A DNA stretch of 64,000 nucleotides from Lama glama (lineage: Eukaryota). The DNA lies in assembly GCA_028534125.1 (NCBI GenBank), contig CM052832.1, forward strand, positions 15,068,001-15,132,000, in the 5' to 3' direction. Made by a program: the position numbers and the translations under genes. The notes beneath the pieces are model-generated. The model was not told the DNA's origin, did not search any database, and worked only from the letters and a program-made list of their open reading frames with translations. Of this stretch, positions 58,381 through 64,000 are shown one piece after another. Every line of letters starts with the position of its first letter. Position 1 is the stretch's first letter.

Positions 58381-60379
58381 GGTTATGGGCACATCTTCTG
58401 ACCTTCAGGACCTTCTTCAGTTTGTGTTTGTAATTCCTGCCCCCCTCCCCTAAAGTGAGTACACTTAGGCTCTGTCCTTTGTTGCTTCCTGTGGGGCTCA
58501 GGGGAAGGGCCCTTGGAGTTTGAGGTGTGTGTGTGTGTGTGTAGGGGGCATGCTCAGGCCTGCCACTCACTCACAAACAAAGGCCCTTTGCCCGTCACCT
58601 CACTGCTCCCGTTTTCTCATTTGTAATTGGGGCCAGATTTGAGACAAAAGTCAAGGCCGTGAAAATGCGTTGGGAAGCCTCTGGAAGTCCATGGCTGGCA
58701 CCTTAACAACTCTAGGGGGGAGGTCCTGGAGGGGCAGCACTGAAGGGCCGCCTACAGTCCACAGGACCCCAGAGCCCTTCCCATGGGAGCCTCCCCAGGC
58801 AGAGGTGGAGGTGGACTTGGTCCTGGACCTGAGTAGTCTAGGAATGGATGCTTCAGCCTGACCCACTGAGGAGGGACCCCTGAGAAGACAGGGAAAGGAG
58901 GGGCCAAGGGCAGCTCAGCTGGGGCGATGTGGCCAAGGTCCCTTGGCCCAGTGTGTCCTTGGCCTTGAGAGAGAACTGCCTCCTCTCTGCAGTGACCGCA
59001 GCCTCCCCCTTCATCCTGGTTAATAATTCAGCCTCTCATCCATATGAAATGAGGGTGTGATGGGAGCTGCAGGGGAGTGGAGTGGTATTTTATGGTCTTC
59101 GGGAAGCAGAGGGCAGGACCCAGGGGCTGGGGGTGGGGTCCAGGGCTGGGGCTTTCCAGGCGATGCTGCCCCAGCCCCCACTGTCACCCTGCAAGATTAT
59201 CCCTTGTGCTTCTCTCCTGGCTCTCACAACCTGTGATCAGAAGCCTTGGACAAGAGGGCGGGCTGCCAGCTGGAGAACTTGCATCTCCTGTTGGCCTATC
59301 TCTGTGCCGTAGTCTAGAGATAGCTTTGCCCGTGAACAGAGCTCTGCCCTCCCAGAGCTCCCACCTCTTTGTGCCCTTGTGTTTAACAAACTTCTGTAGC
59401 ACCTGGCCAGCACCAGCCCTTTCTTTATGACCCATTGTGAATATTAACCCATTAATCCTCCTAGGGACAGTATCCTGACCCTGTGAGGTGAGAACCATTA
59501 TCACCCTCATTTTGTAGATGAGGAAGCTGAAGCCTGAGAGCTGAGGTGGCAGGTCCAAGGTCACAGCTAGAGTACGTGGTGTAGCTGGGGTTCCAGCTCA
59601 GACTACCTTGTGCGAATGCAACGCAATGGTAGTAGTGGGTAGCCAGGGGCTGAGCTGACTGCCGAGAGAGCCGGGTGGGCAGCCTTGAAGACCACCCTGT
59701 CTCCAGCCCCGAGACTGCACCATAGAAGCTGTGGGTTCTTTCTGGACTCAACAGTGCCCCCAGAGCCACCTGGACATCTGCCCCTAAACCATCCAGTCTG
59801 AGTACTGGGACCTTTGATCTCTGACCCTGAGGTTGGGATACTGGAGCCAGGTTCTGACCTTGGTCATGGAGTCTTGGTGGCCAAGGGATATGAGATGTGC
59901 CACCAGCTTCGTGAGAGCCCTGGGCAGCAGGGACAGTGACCATTCACTGCTAAAAATGCAGGAACCTAGGGGTGATCTGTGGATCCCTGGAGCCTCAACC
60001 TGGCCCCACATGAGACACTGGAGGCCCAGGCCAGTGGCCTATGGGGTTGGATGTGGGTGCAGCCACTCACCCTGCTGGCTGCTGGGGAATTACCTCTGTA
60101 AGGTGTAGAACTGGCCTTCTAGCAGGGAGGCACCAATGTGCATGTGTGTGTGTGCGTGTGTGTGTGAATTTCATTGCCCTGGCCTTGAGGGAGGAGGCCG
60201 CATGCTGTGTGCCCTTGGGAGAGGAAGCTGGACTTCCCTAGCACTCTGCCCATCCTCTCCCTTCCTCCCCTCTGCCATCCTCCTGCCCCCATGTCCCCAC
60301 CTCAGAGCCCCTGCCCCTTCCTGACCTCTCCTCCCACTATTCTGCCCTCCCCCTGCAATCCGGCTCTTACAATCTCTCA

Positions 60380-60620
60380 GGCGTGGTGTAGTGCACAGAC
60401 TGGGAGCTGGAGCATCTGGTCCAGTCCAGCTCTGCATGGTCCTGGAATGCCAGTGAGCTTTTCTGTGCCTCATCCTTTTTCATCTCTGTAATGGGGATAA
60501 TTACTCACCTCACAGCATTGTTGTGAGAATTCAATGAGTTAATATCCTTAAAGAGCTTAGAACAGTGCTTGGCACAGAGTAGATGCTCCACAGACGTTAG
60601 CAGTCCTTCTTCATTATCAT
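60380..60620 (+). mobile_element. MIR
   Basis: gcgtggtgtagtg...taatggggataatt...gttgtgagaattcaatgagttaat...gcttagaacagtgcttggcacagag. Confidence 0.8.
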
Positions 60621-61673
60621 GATTACCCAGGGCCCAGGCCAGGAGCTCCTCCTCCAGAAAGACTTCCTGACCTACTCTGGCCCAGGGACCTCTTTAGCCC
60701 ACCTTTGAAACCATCTGTCTGGTCTGACCACTTAAGCACAGTAGTAATGTGGCGTGGTTGCCCACTCTGTGCCAAGTGTTTCCTGTACCTCATTTCACTT
60801 AAGCCTCATGGCACTTCTTTTGAGGCAGGGTTATGACCTCCTTTTTCCCCAGAGGACATCGAGGCTTCAGGCAGCCAAAGAGTTTGCACAGGGCCCAGAG
60901 CCCAAGGGGTGAGGATGGGAGGCTAGAGCTCCAAGGCCATGGCGCCCTGGGGAGCCACTGCTGTTTACAGTGAGAAGGCGGTGGAGTGTGTGGGGTGGGT
61001 TCCCCATTTTGCAAAGCTCACCATCCCTGGCTAGTGGGGGACCACTGACATGGGGAAGAGTGGTTGAGGATGACGGTGAGTTCTGGTGTCTGGGGCGTCT
61101 GGAAGCCACTGAGGTCATCAGGTGGCCTAGGACCTGAATCCCAAGAGAACTGCAGCCAATCTCTCACCCTCTCTGGGCCTTGGTTTCTCCACCTGTGCCC
61201 TGTGGTGGGGCAGCGTCCCCTGGCTGGAGTGGCTCCCCACGGGTGAGCTGCTGTAGGGCCCCACTGCCTTCATCGACAGACACAGTTCCTGCCCTGGCGA
61301 TTTCCCAGCCTGTGTGAGGGCCAGCTGCTCCCGTATTAGTCCAGGCCAGGCTCGGGGGTGGGGGGCACCACAGCCAAAAGGAGACCCCTGACTCACTGCC
61401 TTCCAAGGGTGACAGTGACAAGGGGGCCTGCCCTGGTTGTTCTGGAGCCTTGGGGTGCAGGGCCTAGTGGTGCAGTGGTGAGGGCAGTGGACCTTTCAGA
61501 ACCATCCCCCTCTGGTGCCTCCCCAAGACCATACCCTGGGGTGATGGAGTCCAGAGATCTGTGGTGTGCACAGATGGGCTCGCTGGGCCTCAGGGGGCTG
61601 CTGGGGTTCCCATCACTTGTCTGTGAGGATGGCAGGCCTCACGGGTGCCCCCACTCTGAGTCTTTGGTTGCAG

Positions 61674-61874
61674 ACCGAGAGCGCATTGGGCAGGACTCTG
61701 CATACGAGCAGGAGGGGAAGGTGCAGTTTGTGATTGACGCGGTGTACGCCATGGGCCATGCCCTGCACGCCATGCACCGGGACCTGTGTCCAGGCCGTGT
61801 GGGGCTCTGCCCACGCATGGACCCCGTGGACGGCACCCAGCTGCTCAAGTACATCCGCAGCGTCAACTTCTCAG
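61674..61874 (+). CDS. GRM4: GRM4 internal coding exon (201 nt, phase 1 to 1), [66 protein letters not shown](G)
   Basis: Acceptor ttgcAG|AC, donor CAG|GTGGGG. Contains K405 and the DAVYAMxHAL motif. Confidence 0.98.
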
Positions 61875-62078
61875 GTGGGGGCGCAGTACAGGGCACCACC
61901 CAACCCTGGGGACTCCATAGGGTGGGAGTTGGGGGTGTCTCTTCAGATGCTTCCGAGGGGTGAAACCTCCTAAGATATTCCATGCAGAGGTGTCTCTGCC
62001 CCGGGCTCCTGGTCCTCCCTGCCTCTGTGCGAAGGCTCAACAAAGAAACTGAGTGTGTGACCCCCCCTGGCCCCACAG

Positions 62079-62215
62079 GCATCGCGGGGAACCCAGTGAC
62101 CTTCAATGAGAATGGAGATGCACCAGGGCGCTATGACATCTACCAGTACCAGTTGCGCAACGGCTCTGCCGAGTACAAGGTCATTGGCTCCTGGACTGAC
62201 CACCTGCACCTCAGA
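62079..62215 (+). CDS. GRM4: GRM4 internal coding exon (137 nt, phase 1 to 0), [45 protein letters not shown]
   Basis: Acceptor ccccacAG|GC, donor AGA|GTAAGC. The [13 protein letters not shown] motif marks the end of the Venus flytrap domain. Confidence 0.98.
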
Positions 62216-64000
62216 GTAAGCGCCTGGCAGCAGGGCAGGGAGGGGCCCTGGGGGGATGGGGGTGGAGAGAGGCCCTCCCCTTCCTTCCATACCCTACCCC
62301 AGACCTCAGAGGGCCCTCAAGCCCCCCAACCCTAAAATGGAGGAACAGGGCAGCTGGGTTTCTGCTGCCCTTTCTGCCCCTGCCCTTACCCTTGGCCTGT
62401 GGCCTCCCTGCCTGCTGCCCTTTTGTGGGGCAAGAACTGTGGACAGATGAGTTCACACCAAAATGTAGGGGCTCGAGGTCTTGGAGGGTGTAGGGAAGAA
62501 AAGTGAGGAGCCGCAGGGGTGCGTCTGGACAAAGAAGGATGATCTCTTAAGGCAAAGAGCACAGTCAAATCGTGAGATTTCTGGTGGTAGGTAGGGAGCT
62601 GTTTGAGAGTTACATTCCCAGTGCCATCAAACCACACTGGAAGGCCATCATTTTTTGGGTGTCATGAGGGGACTTCTCCTGGGTCCTCCTGGCCACACTT
62701 TCCCAGCTCACGGCTGTCTCAGGGACTTGGTGGCTCCCCCCACTCCAGGTCCTCATTGCCCCTAGCTGTGAATAAAGCCATGTTTTTGGAGAGAAAGGAC
62801 CTGTATTTCATCCCCTGAGGAGGGGCCTGTGGACTGGTCTCTACCTCACCAGGAGAAGGGTGAGCCATGCTTGGTGTGGGCACAGTGTGATCTAGGTGGA
62901 CCAAACAGGCTCAGGAGGCCCAGATTCTGGGGGAGTTGTGTCATGTCCCAGCTGTCCCCTCTTGTAATGATCTCGTCCAGCAGCAAGCCCCTGGAGCTCT
63001 TCAAAGCACTTTCTGCCTATGATCTCATTTATCCCCGACAATATTCTAAGTCAGAGGAAATATCTCAGAAAACCCAGCCCGAGGGACGTTCCAAAGGCCA
63101 CACAACACGGCAGGGACAGAGCCCGTTCCCATAGTGATGCTCCTCAGGTTGCTGAGCGGAGGCAGACAGACAGAACAGGGCAGGCGGGAGCTGTGTGGGA
63201 CAGAACCCAAAAGGAGGCACATCTTATTCTGGTGCAGCGGGTGGAAGGTGGGACAGGGCGGGCAGTGACTCGATTTACCAGCAGCAGCAGCTAATCCTTA
63301 CTGAGCACCTGCTGTGGAGAGCTACTGTTCTAAGCGTGTGACCTTACTGTGAGGATGACAGCCCTCTGGGGCAGACACTGTTATTAACCCATTCTAAAGG
63401 TGTGGTAAGTGAAGGCAAGACTGGGGGGGTGAGGGGTGGCAGTAGTCCCCTCCCCAGTAATACAAGATCCCTCCCCTAGCATGGAGCCGAGGGGCAGGAG
63501 GAGGTGAGGTGGGGCTGGTCCTGGACCACCACACCTTACCCACTCTATCCTGAGCTCTCAGTTTAGGCTGTGCTGGGGGTCCTCCCCTGCCTGCACTGTC
63601 TTCCTCCAGGGTGTGAAACTGAGGCGGCCTCATGCTGGTGCCTGGACCTCATAGCTTCTTACTACATTCTACAGAGATTCACCAGCCCCACTGTGGGCCA
63701 GCCCTGAGCTGGAGGCTGAAGATGCAGCAGGGAAGTGATTCAAAGACCCTGCCCTCCTGGGGCTGTTTCAGTGAAATATACAGGGCTTCCAAGTGGAAGC
63801 CACAATAAGTCACAGAGGGCACAGTGGCCTCTTATCTGCTGTCTTTGGATCAGGTGGGAAAACAAAGGCCCAGAGAGTTTGTGGTGTCTGCTCAAGGGCA
63901 CACAGCCAGCTAGCCACAGAGCTGTGATCCCAGGATTGGACTTCATTTACTGCTTTTTCTACTGGAGCTACAGATTTTTCCAGAACACCGACTGTCACCC

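Noticed and set aside
61358..61673. Long open frame upstream of exon 61674 (similar extensions at 24706, 46338, 49499, 61982)
   Set aside because: Intronic read-through of true exon frames; splice sites and homology define the shorter exons.

Overview
Mammalian genomic DNA, probably camelid (one tRNA-derived SINE resembles vic-1). The whole window lies inside GRM4 (metabotropic glutamate receptor 4) on the + strand. Six internal coding exons (24766-24982, 46507-46642, 49603-49757, 51771-51911, 61674-61874, 62079-62215) have AG/GT boundaries and matching phases. They splice into 987 nt (329 codons) without a stop, covering about residues 174-502 of the Venus flytrap domain. The signal-peptide exon and the cysteine-rich/7TM exons lie outside the window. 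The rest is GC-rich intron with many MIR, L2 and L1 fragments, MER20, MLT1, one young L1 3' end with a 16-bp TSD, and microsatellites. Main leads: (1) several phase-0 splice donors upstream of the first exon that could give signal-peptide-less mGlu4 isoforms, one with an intact 33-aa ORF carrying RRKKR; (2) a perfect 19-bp hairpin of pre-miRNA size; (3) a perfect 57-bp inverted duplication; (4) an RE1/REST-like site at the edge of an L2; (5) an Arg-to-His change that creates an out-of-frame ATG overlapping the Met309 start of taste-mGluR4. Comparisons with human and rat proteins and isoforms are from memory and need an alignment. Repeat boundaries are approximate. No prokaryotic-type system is present.
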